NCBI RefSeq assembly: GCF_003044035.1
Contig: NZ_NVQC01000022.1
Location: 90,001-122,000, forward strand
Length of the DNA stretch: 32,000 nt
Source: Candidatus Methylomirabilis limnetica
GTDB lineage: Bacteria; Methylomirabilota; Methylomirabilia; Methylomirabilales; Methylomirabilaceae
Direction of reading: 5' to 3'
Shown: piece after piece, positions 1 through 8,147 of the stretch
Position numbering within the stretch: the first letter of the stretch is position 1
Layout of the letters: the number at the start of each line of letters is the position of its first letter
Notes under the pieces: model-generated
Seen by the model: the letters and a program-made list of their open reading frames with translations, nothing else
What the model was told of the DNA's origin: nothing
Databases searched by the model: none
Position numbers and translations under genes: made by a program

Positions 1-159
1 CGCGGTGAGCGGAGTCCGCTTCGGGGCTGCGCCTGAGCACGGCGTTCCCACACGCTATGCCGGGAAGCAGACGGTTCTCGGCCATCTCATCGGGAGGGTG
101 GTCGGAGAGGCGACCACCCAGAGTGTGAAGACATGGACACGTACGCGAGGGGTCGGCAG

Positions 160-723
160 ATGAGCGACGAAACCAGGATCGTATTGATCGGGGGAGGAGC
201 GCGGTCTGGCAAGAGCGCCTTCGCCCTCTCGCTGGCACGGCGCCTCGGCGCGCGGCGCGCGTTCGTCGCGACCGCGCAGGCCATGGATGAGGAGATGAAG
301 GAGAGAATCGCGGACCATGCCCGCACACGCGGTGCCGACTTTCGGACCGTCGAGGAACCACTCGCTCTGGCTGAGAGGTTGCTCGATCTTTGCGATATCG
401 ACGTCGTCGTGATCGACTGCCTGACCCTGTGGCTTTCGAACTTGCTTCTCCGGGACGAGTCGGAGACGAGGATCTTGGAGCAGGTGCAAACCCTTGTCGG
501 CGTCCTGGAACGGCGGGCGTTTCACGCCGTCATCGTGACGAACGAGGTGGGGATGGGCGTGGTGCCCGAGACGCCGCTCGGAAGGGCCTTCCGGGACGTT
601 GCGGGCCGCGCCCACCAACGACTCGCTGGCGTCGCAGATGAGGTCTATCTGGCGATCCTCGGGTCGGTCCTGCGCATCCGACCCGAGCCCGTGTCGGTTC
701 GAATCCTGGAAAGCGCATTATGA
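160..723 (+). CDS. cobU: Adenosylcobinamide kinase / adenosylcobinamide-phosphate guanylyltransferase (CobU/CobP family)
   Basis: ORF 133..723. N-terminal P-loop IVLIGGGARSGKSAFA and family-typical VIDCLTLWLSN and TNEVGMGVVPE segments. The ATG at 160 has GAGGGG about 7 nt upstream and gives the usual short N-terminus, so it is preferred over 133. The stop overlaps the cobT start (ATGA). Confidence 0.85.
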   Translation: MSDETRIVLIGGGARSGKSAFALSLARRLGARRAFVATAQAMDEEMKERIADHARTRGADFRTVEEPLALAERLLDLCDIDVVVIDCLTLWLSNLLLRDESETRILEQVQTLVGVLERRAFHAVIVTNEVGMGVVPETPLGRAFRDVAGRAHQRLAGVADEVYLAILGSVLRIRPEPVSVRILESAL

Positions 724-1778
724 GCAAGTTGACCGAGATCTGTTCCCGTATCAGAGAGCCCGACCATCGCATTGCAGAAGCAACGCAACGACTACTAGAC
801 ATCAAGACCAAACCGCGGAGGAGTCTCGGTCGGCTCGAGGACCTTGCCTGCCAAGTGGCGGCGATTCGCGGCACGAACGCGCCTGATCCTCCCCAGAAGG
901 CCATCGTAGTTATGGGGGCTGACCACGGCGTGGCCGAGGAGGGCGTCAGCGCCTATCCGCAAGAGGTCACCGGCCAGATGCTGCTCAACTTCGCGCGTGG
1001 CGGCGCGGCGATCAACGTGTTGGCGCGACATGCCGGTGCCCGGGTCGTAGTCGTGGACATGGGCGTGAAGGCGCCGCTCTCCGCGGCACCGGAGATCCGG
1101 GCGCACCGAATCGGGTCCGGCACGCACAACTTCACAAAAGGGCCCGCGATGACGCGAGAAGAAGCCATCGCGGCCGTCGAAGTTGGCATTCAGATCGCTG
1201 AGGAGCTGGTGCGGGATGGGGTGACCCTCCTGGGCATCGGCGATATGGGCATTGGCAACACGACCGCCGCGAGCGCCCTGGCCGCGGTGTTCACAGGAGC
1301 GCCTCCGGAGGACGTCGCAGGACGAGGCACCGGCATTGACGATGTGGCCCTCAAGCGGAAGGTTGACGTCATTCGGCGAGGGCTCTCGGTCAACCGGCCT
1401 GATCCACAGGATGGCGTCGATGCCCTGGCCAAGGTAGGGGGATTCGAGATCGCCGGGCTCGCCGGCGTAATCTTGGGTGGAGCGGCGTCCGGGATTGCAA
1501 TAGTGGTCGATGGATTCATCTGCGGCACCGCGGCGCTCGCCGCGACGCGAATCGCGCCGGTTACGGCAGAGCACCTCATTGCCTCGCACCGCTCTGCGGA
1601 GGTTGGACACCGGCTCGTGCTCCAAGCACTCGGCACCACGCCCCTGTTCGATCTGAATCTGCGTTTAGGCGAAGGCACCGGCGCGGTACTAGCCATGAAT
1701 CTCGTCGAGGCAGCGCTGTGCATCCTTCGCGAGATGGCGACATTCACCTCGGCGGGGGTGAGCGATAGTGGCGCCTAG
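720..1778 (+). CDS. cobT: Nicotinate-nucleotide--dimethylbenzimidazole phosphoribosyltransferase
   Basis: 352-aa ORF with typical CobT blocks: LGRLEDLA, MGADHGVAEEGVSAYPQEVT, NFARGGAAINVLA, GDMGIGNTTAASAL and RLGEGTGA. Translationally coupled to cobU. Confidence 0.9.
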   Translation: MSKLTEICSRIREPDHRIAEATQRLLDIKTKPRRSLGRLEDLACQVAAIRGTNAPDPPQKAIVVMGADHGVAEEGVSAYPQEVTGQMLLNFARGGAAINVLARHAGARVVVVDMGVKAPLSAAPEIRAHRIGSGTHNFTKGPAMTREEAIAAVEVGIQIAEELVRDGVTLLGIGDMGIGNTTAASALAAVFTGAPPEDVAGRGTGIDDVALKRKVDVIRRGLSVNRPDPQDGVDALAKVGGFEIAGLAGVILGGAASGIAIVVDGFICGTAALAATRIAPVTAEHLIASHRSAEVGHRLVLQALGTTPLFDLNLRLGEGTGAVLAMNLVEAALCILREMATFTSAGVSDSGA

Positions 1779-1875
1779 TTGTGTAGCAAGCAGCGATGGA
1801 GCCATCCCTCGCCATGTTCGCGCATGATCATCTCATGGGCGCTCTCCGTCAGGAGCTAGACCGCTGCTGGCGCCC

Positions 1876-1975
1876 ATGATTATGGGCTAAGGCACAGCAT
1901 CGTCCGTGGGGAAGAGTCTTCTGATCACAGCGCTCTGCCGTTTCTTCCGCCGAGGCAGGGTGAGTAGAACCGGTT
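1876..1975 (+). pseudogene. Short remnant resembling the N-terminus of cobyric acid synthase (CobQ), with an in-frame TAA
   Basis: Reading from the ATG at 1876 gives M-I-M-G-stop-G-T-A-S-S-V-G-K-S-L-L-I-T-A-L-C-R-F-F-R-R-G-R-V. This resembles the conserved CobQ N-terminus (IMVQGTxSxxGKSxLxxALCRxxxxxGxxV). The TAA at 1888..1890 sits where Q (CAA) is expected. Similarity is lost after about 30 codons and cobS follows. Confidence 0.45.
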
Positions 1976-2050
1976 GGACGCTACGGTTTGAGCGCCCATC
2001 GACTGCGAGTTGCCCTGGCGTCTCGCTCGCCTGCGTTCATCTTCGCCGTG

Positions 2051-2797
2051 ATGAAAATGCTTCGATCGCTCGCCATCGCCTTCGGTTTCTTGACACGACT
2101 GCCGGTGAAGAATGCGCTGGTCGAAGAGGCCGACTTAGGTCGTTCGCTATCGTGGTTTCCCATCGTCGGGATGGCGCTGGGACTCGCGCTTGTCGGAACG
2201 GAGCGGCTCCTGCGCGGCTATCTGTCCTCAGACCTGGTGGCAGTTGGCCTCGTTGCGCTCCTTGCGGCGCTTACGGGCGGCCTTCACCTGGACGGGTTGG
2301 CCGACGTATCGGACGCTCTTGGCGGGGGACGTGGGGATCGCCTGCGCATGCTCGCAATCATGAGAGACAGCCGCATCGGAGCCCATGGAGCTACGGTCCT
2401 CTGCCTGTTTTTGATCGCGAAGGTGTTCACCGTCATGATGGTGCTCCGGCATGACGCCGTATGGGAACTGTTCGCCTTTCCCATTCTGGCACGATGGGCG
2501 GTGATTCCACTGGTAATCTTCTTCCCGTACGCGCGGGTCGAAGGCCTGGGGAGGCTCTTTCACTGGCACGGGCGCCCACTCCATTTTGCTATGGCGACGT
2601 GCCTGACGTCGGCCTTGGTAGCCTGGACGGGCGTGCGTGTCATCGTACCGGGAGTTTCCGCACTCGCCGTTGCCCTGGGGATGGGTCTGTGGCTGAAGCG
2701 TCGCCTCGGCGGTCTCACGGGTGACGTCTACGGCGCCACGATCGAGTTGTCAGAAATCGTCTTTCTCGTTGTCGCAGGGCTCGGAGATGGACGGTAG
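2051..2797 (+). CDS. cobS: Adenosylcobinamide-GDP ribazoletransferase (cobalamin synthase)
   Basis: ORF 1988..2797. Polytopic membrane protein with the typical CobS N-terminus MKMLRSLAIAFGFLTRLPV and the LHLDGLADVSDAL motif. The ATG at 2051 is preferred because it gives the family-typical start. Confidence 0.85.
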   Translation: MKMLRSLAIAFGFLTRLPVKNALVEEADLGRSLSWFPIVGMALGLALVGTERLLRGYLSSDLVAVGLVALLAALTGGLHLDGLADVSDALGGGRGDRLRMLAIMRDSRIGAHGATVLCLFLIAKVFTVMMVLRHDAVWELFAFPILARWAVIPLVIFFPYARVEGLGRLFHWHGRPLHFAMATCLTSALVAWTGVRVIVPGVSALAVALGMGLWLKRRLGGLTGDVYGATIELSEIVFLVVAGLGDGR

Positions 2798-2944
2798 TGG
2801 TCAAGTCTTCCTCCGAGGATTGGGAGATTTTTGTTACGGAGCAGATGTGAGCCGGATCTTTGCTGCAGTGGAATGGGTAACAAGCTTGAAAGGGGGTGAG
2901 AGAGGCCAATACGGGTAGTTCAATGTGATAAGTCGAACTGGGCG

Positions 2945-3197
2945 CCCCTGGATGTAAGGGAAGCTGGTGTGTCCTGCCATATGCTGCGACAGGGTAAAGC
3001 CAGCACGGTCCCGCCACTGTGAGTGGGGAGTCACTCTGCACAATGCCACTGTCCAAAGTAATGGTTTCGAGTTGCGAGTTTTGAGTTTCGAGTTCTAGGA
3101 CCCGAAACTGAAGACTCAAAACTAGAAACTCAAAACTGGTTGGATGGGAAGGCGCAGGGTCGATAACGATCCACGAGTCAGGAGACCTGTCCAGGGG
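2945..3197 (+). promoter_or_regulatory. Cobalamin (B12) riboswitch aptamer upstream of the TonB-dependent receptor
   Basis: Core elements appear in canonical order. They are TAAGGGAAGCTGGTG (2956..), GGTCCCGCCACTGT (3007..), GCCACTG...GGGAAGGC (3045.. / 3146..) and the B12 box AGTCAGGAGACCTGTCC (3176..3192). A 7-bp closing helix pairs CCCCTGG (2945..2951) with CCAGGGG (3191..3197). It lies directly 5' of a btuB-like gene. Confidence 0.8.
3064..3139. repeat. Heptamer-periodic inverted repeat (long imperfect hairpin) embedded in the riboswitch
   Basis: The left arm has 5 tandem 7-mers: GTTTCGA GTTGCGA GTTTTGA GTTTCGA GTTCTAG (3064..3098). A GAC turn follows. The right arm has 5 complementary 7-mers: CCGAAAC TGAAGAC TCAAAAC TAGAAAC TCAAAAC (3102..3136). 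Confidence 0.85.
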
Positions 3198-3235
3198 AGG
3201 ACGAGAACGCACCACCTTCGCGGATAAGGGGGCGA

Positions 3236-5248
3236 ATGATGAAATGCTGGAGTAGTTTGGTCAAGAGGTGGTTGTGGGTGGCAGTTCTGTGGGCTTGCGG
3301 ACTGGGGAGCGCGTCAGGGCAGATGCTCAGACTCACTCCTGAAGAACCGGTAGAGCTTGGGCCGGTCGTAGTGACGGCGACTAAAACCGAAGTTCCCGTA
3401 ACGCAAATCACTGCATCTGTAACGGTCATCACGAAAGAGGAGATCGAAACTCGTCAGGTCACTCAGGTTTCAGACCTTCTCCGGGATGTGCCGGGGTTGA
3501 GTGTTACACAGATAGGGAGTCGCGGCGGCACCGTCTCGGTCTTTCCGAGGGGTGGCGAATCCCGCTTCAACCTCGTTCTGATCGACGGGGTCAAGGTGAA
3601 CGATGCCGGCGGCTTCTTTGACTTCAGCGACCTGAGCACTGACAATATCGAGCGGATCGAGATCGTCCGGGGGCCGCACAGCGCGCTGTACGGTTCCGAT
3701 GCTATGGGATCGGTGATCCAGATCTTCACCAAGCGAGGGAAGGGGGCCCCGCGAGTCGAGGCCTCGTTCGCGGGCGGGAATCTGAAGACCTTTGAAGAGA
3801 AGTTGAGTCTGGCTGGTGGTAGCGGAAGAGTCGGCTACTCGTTGAACGTAGGCAGGACCGACACCGACGGGAGCCTACGCACCAACAACGACTTTCGTGA
3901 AACAACCGTCAGCGGTCGCGTGGACTACGCCGTAGAGAAGGCGCTGGACCTCAACCTTGTCGTCCGGTTCACCGACAGTCTCTTCGAGTTTCCCACCGGC
4001 GATGCCGGCAACCTCTTCGGCCCGCTTGATCCGAGACAGTCCTCCGATCAGAAGCGGCTACTCGTTAGCGGTAAGGCCAGTCACACGCTGACGCCCTGGT
4101 GGCAGCAGACGGTGCAGGTCGGCTTCTACCGCCATCAGTCGGCCTTTGACGATCCATTCGACCCGGTAGATCCTCGCACAGGGCAGCTCATTGATTTTTC
4201 CGCCTTCCACAGCACCAACGAGGAACGCCGCGTATCTGCGGACTACTTCTGGAACCTGACTGCCCCGACCGTTTTTGATGTCTCCAGTCTCTTTACCGCC
4301 GGCTTCGCCTTTGAGCGGGAGGAGTTCGAACAGCGCGCTGCCGCCACAGAGACCGATTTTCCGTTTTCAAGCGCGAATGAGGCAAGCAGAGATAATAAGG
4401 CCGGCTATCTCCAGGGCCAATTCGACTGGAAGAAGCAGCTCTTTCTCACGGCGGGATTTCGGGTCGATGGGAACAGCACATTCGGGACTGAGGTGACCCC
4501 CCGCGTGTCGGGAGCCTACATCCTCCCATTCCTCGGGACTAAGCTCAGGGCCGGCTACGGCAAGGGGATCAAAGCGCCAACCTTCATCCAGAACTTCGGG
4601 ATCGGGAGTCAGTTTGTCATCGGCAATCCCAATTTGAGCCCAGAGCGATCAAAGAGCTGGGAGGTCGGATTCGACCAGCCGCTGCTCAAGGGCCTGGTCG
4701 AGTTGAATGCTACCTACTTTCACAATCGGTTCACCGACCTGATCGCTTTTGTTGGTGGATCGCCGAGCTTCCGGAATGTCCAGTCGGCCAGGGCAAAAGG
4801 GATCGAGGCCGCCGCCAGGGTGCATCCAGGGTTCGGCCTGACCGTGGGCGGCACCTACACATTCTTGGAGAGTAAGGTTCTCGACAATGGCGGCGTTGGA
4901 GGGACTGAACTACCGGTCGGCGCACCGCTGATCCGGCGACCGAAGCACAGGGGATCGCTTTCTATCGACCATGTCTGGGAGCAGCTCCACACCAACCTGA
5001 CGGCGACCTTTGTCGGCGCTCAGGAGGACCTCGACTTTCGTACTTTCCCCTCGCCACGGGTGACGCTCCCCGGCTACACCATCGTCGATGTTGCCTTCGC
5101 CTACCTCCTGCTCAAGGATCGCCTCCACCTGAGGGAGGTGTCACTCTTCGGAAAGGTCCAGAACCTCTTTGATGAGGGGTTTCAGGAGACCTTCGGTTTC
5201 TCTGCCCCGCGGATTACCTTTCTGCTAGGTTTTAAGGGCAGCCTATGA
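3236..5248 (+). CDS. btuB: TonB-dependent outer-membrane receptor, cobalamin/BtuB-like
   Basis: 670-aa ORF with a signal peptide, a TonB-box-like LGPVVVTATK, plug-domain blocks (IEIVRGPHSALYGSDAMGSVIQIFTKRG) and a long beta-barrel region. AAGGGGG RBS before the ATG. Preceded by the B12 riboswitch and followed by btuFCD-like genes. Substrate is inferred from context. Confidence 0.85.
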   Translation: MMKCWSSLVKRWLWVAVLWACGLGSASGQMLRLTPEEPVELGPVVVTATKTEVPVTQITASVTVITKEEIETRQVTQVSDLLRDVPGLSVTQIGSRGGTVSVFPRGGESRFNLVLIDGVKVNDAGGFFDFSDLSTDNIERIEIVRGPHSALYGSDAMGSVIQIFTKRGKGAPRVEASFAGGNLKTFEEKLSLAGGSGRVGYSLNVGRTDTDGSLRTNNDFRETTVSGRVDYAVEKALDLNLVVRFTDSLFEFPTGDAGNLFGPLDPRQSSDQKRLLVSGKASHTLTPWWQQTVQVGFYRHQSAFDDPFDPVDPRTGQLIDFSAFHSTNEERRVSADYFWNLTAPTVFDVSSLFTAGFAFEREEFEQRAAATETDFPFSSANEASRDNKAGYLQGQFDWKKQLFLTAGFRVDGNSTFGTEVTPRVSGAYILPFLGTKLRAGYGKGIKAPTFIQNFGIGSQFVIGNPNLSPERSKSWEVGFDQPLLKGLVELNATYFHNRFTDLIAFVGGSPSFRNVQSARAKGIEAAARVHPGFGLTVGGTYTFLESKVLDNGGVGGTELPVGAPLIRRPKHRGSLSIDHVWEQLHTNLTATFVGAQEDLDFRTFPSPRVTLPGYTIVDVAFAYLLLKDRLHLREVSLFGKVQNLFDEGFQETFGFSAPRITFLLGFKGSL

Positions 5249-6141
5249 GGTCCCGAGGATGCCTGCTGTCATTCATCTTGATAATCGCGGTGTGGGCTTC
5301 GGCCGACGCGTCTCCCCTTACTGTTGTAGATGATACAGGGCGGTCCGTCACACTGGACGGGCCGCCCAAGCGGATCATGAGCTTAACGCCGAGTAATACC
5401 GAGATCTTGTTCGCCCTGGGCGCTGAAGACCGAATTGTGGCCGTGGACCGGTGGAGCGACTTTCCGACCGCCGCAAAAGCCAAGCCTCGAGTGGCTCCTT
5501 TTAATCCCAGCCTGGAGCAGATTGTGAGCTTCGGTCCGGATCTGATTCTTTCGACCTATGGGGGCGCCGAGCCGCTTTTGTCGCTCGATCGACAGGGGAT
5601 CAGGGTGATGGTCTTTGCGCCACGGACGCTCGACGACATCTACCGTAACATCCTCCTAATCGGGCGGATCGTGAACGCCGAGAGACGAGCCGAGGGTCTG
5701 GTTCGCGCCATGCGGCAGCGTGTAGCCGCCGTCGTGGCGAAGGTGCGGGACGCCCCCAGGCCCAAGGTCTTCATCGAGTTTGATGGCAGCGACCCGAGCC
5801 GCCCTTTCACGGCCGGTCCTGGTTCATTCATCGATGTCCTCGTTCAACTCGCAGGTGGGGCAAACGTCGCTGCGCGCTCGCGAACGGCTTGGCCTCAGTT
5901 CAGCCTGGAGGAACTGATCAGAGCCGACCCCGATCTGATCATCCTGAGCGACGCCAGCGCGCCGATCAACCCGCAGACCCCGGAGCTCGTAGCCAGCCGC
6001 TCAGGATGGAGTCACCTGCGGGCGGTGCGTCTGGGAGCGATTGCTGCGATCGATTCGAACGCGATCAGTCGTCCTGGACCCAGGATCGTTGAGGGCCTCG
6101 AGCTGTTGGCTGGACTGCTCCACCCGGATCGATTTCGATGA
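5245..6141 (+). CDS. btuF: ABC transporter periplasmic binding protein, BtuF/cobalamin-siderophore type
   Basis: 298-aa ORF with a signal peptide and the typical IMSLTPSNTEILFALGAEDRIVAVDRWSDFP block of Peripla_BP_2-type proteins. ATGA overlap with the receptor stop. Confidence 0.8.
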   Translation: MRSRGCLLSFILIIAVWASADASPLTVVDDTGRSVTLDGPPKRIMSLTPSNTEILFALGAEDRIVAVDRWSDFPTAAKAKPRVAPFNPSLEQIVSFGPDLILSTYGGAEPLLSLDRQGIRVMVFAPRTLDDIYRNILLIGRIVNAERRAEGLVRAMRQRVAAVVAKVRDAPRPKVFIEFDGSDPSRPFTAGPGSFIDVLVQLAGGANVAARSRTAWPQFSLEELIRADPDLIILSDASAPINPQTPELVASRSGWSHLRAVRLGAIAAIDSNAISRPGPRIVEGLELLAGLLHPDRFR

Positions 6142-7244
6142 GGCGGAGCCTGCACCTCGCACCCCAAATCCCCCCGTGCCCCCCTTTTATAAAGGGGGGG
6201 TGGGGGGATTTCGCACCCCGCATCTATGTTGCCTTGTCAGCCTTACTCCTGTTGGCGCTGCTCATTGGTGTCATGCAGGGCGCGGTCGCGTTGTCGCCCA
6301 TGACCATTCTCAAGATCCTCCTTCGATCGGTGGGCATTCCGGTCGGCCCGGTGACCTGGCAGGCGGCGGACGAGACGATCCTGCTGGAACTCAGGCTGCC
6401 CAGAGTCCTGGGCGGGGCGCTGGTGGGCGCGGCGCTGGCGACTGCCGGCGTCCTGTTTCAGGGGTTACTTCGCAACCCGCTTGCCGATCCGTATATCATT
6501 GGTACGTCGGCTGGTGCAGGCCTTGCGGCGACGGTGGCCATCCTTGTCCTACCCACGGCCTCCGTCCTCGGCTTTGGATCGGTGGCGCTCTCGGCCTTCG
6601 TCGGCGGCCTGCTGGCGGTACAACTGGTCTACCGACTTGCACGGGTGGATGGGCGCAACTCGCCGGCGACCCTGCTGCTCGCGGGCGTGGTTGTCAACGC
6701 GGTTCTCGGCTATTTGGGCTCCTTGAGCATCTTGCTCTTCGAGGGGAGCGAGTTTCGACTTCGTCACATCTTCACCTGGCTCATGGGTGGGATCGCGGTG
6801 AATGATCCGCGACAACTGTTGGCGACGGGGCCGATCATTGTCGTAGGGATTGTCGTGGCGTATGGGTTTGCGGTCCCACTCAATGCCCTGACGGTTGGCG
6901 AGGAGGGGGCGCAAGCCCTGGGAGTAGATCTGAATCGGGAGTTCAGAAGGATCATCGCGCTTGGGGCACTGCTGACGGGTGCCGCAGTCAGCATCAGTGG
7001 TCTGATCGGGTTCCTGGGGCTTGCCGTCCCGCACATTCTGCGCCTCCTGATTGGGCCCGACCACCGACGGCTCCTGCCGGCGTCCGCCTTGGCCGGTGCG
7101 GCCATTCTGGTGTTGGCGGATACGGCGGCACGCTCTATTGCCGCCCCGACAGAGCTTCCCGTAGGGATCTTTACAGCGCTGCTCGGTGGTCCGCTTTTCC
7201 TCTTCTTGCTTCGGCGCAACGGGCGAGAGACGGGGTGGCGATGA
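6138..7244 (+). CDS. btuC: FecCD-family ABC permease (BtuC-like)
   Basis: 368-aa polytopic ORF with FecCD blocks: LRLPRVLGGALVGAALATAGVLFQGLLRNPLADPYIIG and GLIGFLGLAVPHILR. ATGA coupling to btuF supports the ATG at 6138. Codons 10-27 come from a palindromic insertion (see the repeat at 6166..6211). A TTG at about 6232 is an alternative start. Confidence 0.85.
   Translation: MRRSLHLAPQIPPCPPFIKGGWGDFAPRIYVALSALLLLALLIGVMQGAVALSPMTILKILLRSVGIPVGPVTWQAADETILLELRLPRVLGGALVGAALATAGVLFQGLLRNPLADPYIIGTSAGAGLAATVAILVLPTASVLGFGSVALSAFVGGLLAVQLVYRLARVDGRNSPATLLLAGVVVNAVLGYLGSLSILLFEGSEFRLRHIFTWLMGGIAVNDPRQLLATGPIIVVGIVVAYGFAVPLNALTVGEEGAQALGVDLNREFRRIIALGALLTGAAVSISGLIGFLGLAVPHILRLLIGPDHRRLLPASALAGAAILVLADTAARSIAAPTELPVGIFTALLGGPLFLFLLRRNGRETGWR
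6166..6211. repeat. 46-bp G/C-tract palindromic element flanked by an 8-bp direct repeat (MITE/REP-like)
   Basis: AAATCCCCCCGTGCCCCCCTTTTA / TAAAGGGGGGGTGGGGGGATTT is a near-perfect palindrome. CGCACCCC occurs immediately on both sides (6158..6165 and 6212..6219). Palindrome plus one flank copy is 54 bp, or 18 codons, and stays in frame in btuC (translated QIPPCPPFIKGGWGDFAP). Confidence 0.75.
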
Positions 7245-8077
7245 GACCAGGGATCCGTCTCCAAGCCGTTCATTTTACTTATCCGAGCGGCTTCGGGCTT
7301 GCGAGGATCGAACTGTTCATTGAACGGGGCGAGCGAGTGGCGATCCTGGGCCCGAATGGCTCGGGAAAGACGACCCTCCTGAAGTTGATGCTAGGCCTGT
7401 TACACCCAAGGGAAGGGGAGGTCTCCTTCGAGGGTAACCCCCTGGAGAGGATGAGTCGGGCAGAGCTGGCGCGGGCAATCGCTATGGTTCCCCAGGAGCT
7501 ATTGCTACCCTACGCCCTCACAGTGAGGGATGTGGTGCTGCTTGGACGTACACCGTATCTACATCGCTACCGGGGTCCTACTTGCGAGGACCTGGAGGCA
7601 ATACAGGAGGCGATGACCTCCACCGATCTCCTACCTTCCGCGGGCCGTTCGTACAACGAGCTCTCTGGAGGGGAACGCCAGCGGGTCATCCTGGCGATGG
7701 CGCTGGCACAAAAGCCGCGCCTACTGCTGCTCGACGAACCAACTCGTTCTCTCGATCTTAGCCATCAGCTCCGGATCCTCTCGCTGATCAGGGGTCTCAA
7801 CGTGAAGTACGGTCTGACGGTTATCTCATCCATGCACGATCTGAACCTGTCTTCGCTCTATTTCGACCGTCTGGTTCTTCTATCATCGGGTCGCATCGTT
7901 GCGGATGGCCCCCCGGACGAAGTCATTCAGCCAGATATAATCCAGGAGGTCTTTGGCGTGTCCGTACTTGTAGAGCAGCATCCCAAGCGCAGTATTCCAT
8001 GGGTGACCCTCTTGCCAGACAAACTCGACCTCTTCTTCGCCCGCGAAGACGCCTCCGCAGAGACGATCAATCCTTGA
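7241..8077 (+). CDS. btuD: ABC transporter ATP-binding protein (BtuD/FecE-like)
   Basis: Walker A GPNGSGKTT, signature LSGGERQRV and Walker B LLLLDEPT. The ATG at 7241 overlaps the btuC stop (ATGA). The ORF track starts at a GTG at 7235. Confidence 0.85.
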   Translation: MRPGIRLQAVHFTYPSGFGLARIELFIERGERVAILGPNGSGKTTLLKLMLGLLHPREGEVSFEGNPLERMSRAELARAIAMVPQELLLPYALTVRDVVLLGRTPYLHRYRGPTCEDLEAIQEAMTSTDLLPSAGRSYNELSGGERQRVILAMALAQKPRLLLLDEPTRSLDLSHQLRILSLIRGLNVKYGLTVISSMHDLNLSSLYFDRLVLLSSGRIVADGPPDEVIQPDIIQEVFGVSVLVEQHPKRSIPWVTLLPDKLDLFFAREDASAETINP

Positions 8078-8147
8078 CAAATTTAGTGGCCGCAGACTAT
8101 TGTAGCTTGCAGTGCTAAGAGTCAAGGTTCAAGATTTCTGGTCGCGA

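Noticed and set aside
795-1747. Long minus-strand ORFs (276, 185 and 78 aa) antisense to cobT
   Set aside because: Their Arg/Pro/Ser/Ala-rich, low-complexity translations are typical of antisense frames in GC-rich DNA. They fully overlap a well-supported cobT gene and show no recognisable motifs.
1906-2454. 182-aa + strand ORF spanning the cobT-cobS spacer and the first 400 nt of cobS
   Set aside because: Only its first 20 or so codons look protein-like (the CobQ-like stub). The remainder is an out-of-frame read-through of cobS with Arg/Gly/Pro-rich composition.
2715-3215. 166-aa minus-strand ORF across the btuB leader
   Set aside because: It overlaps the cobalamin riboswitch, and its ELETQNSQLET segment is simply the translated heptamer hairpin. 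There is no RBS or known motif.
6041-6805. 254-aa + strand ORF overlapping the btuF end and the btuC start
   Set aside because: It is an alternative frame of two well-supported genes, with a Gly/Arg/Pro-rich low-complexity product.
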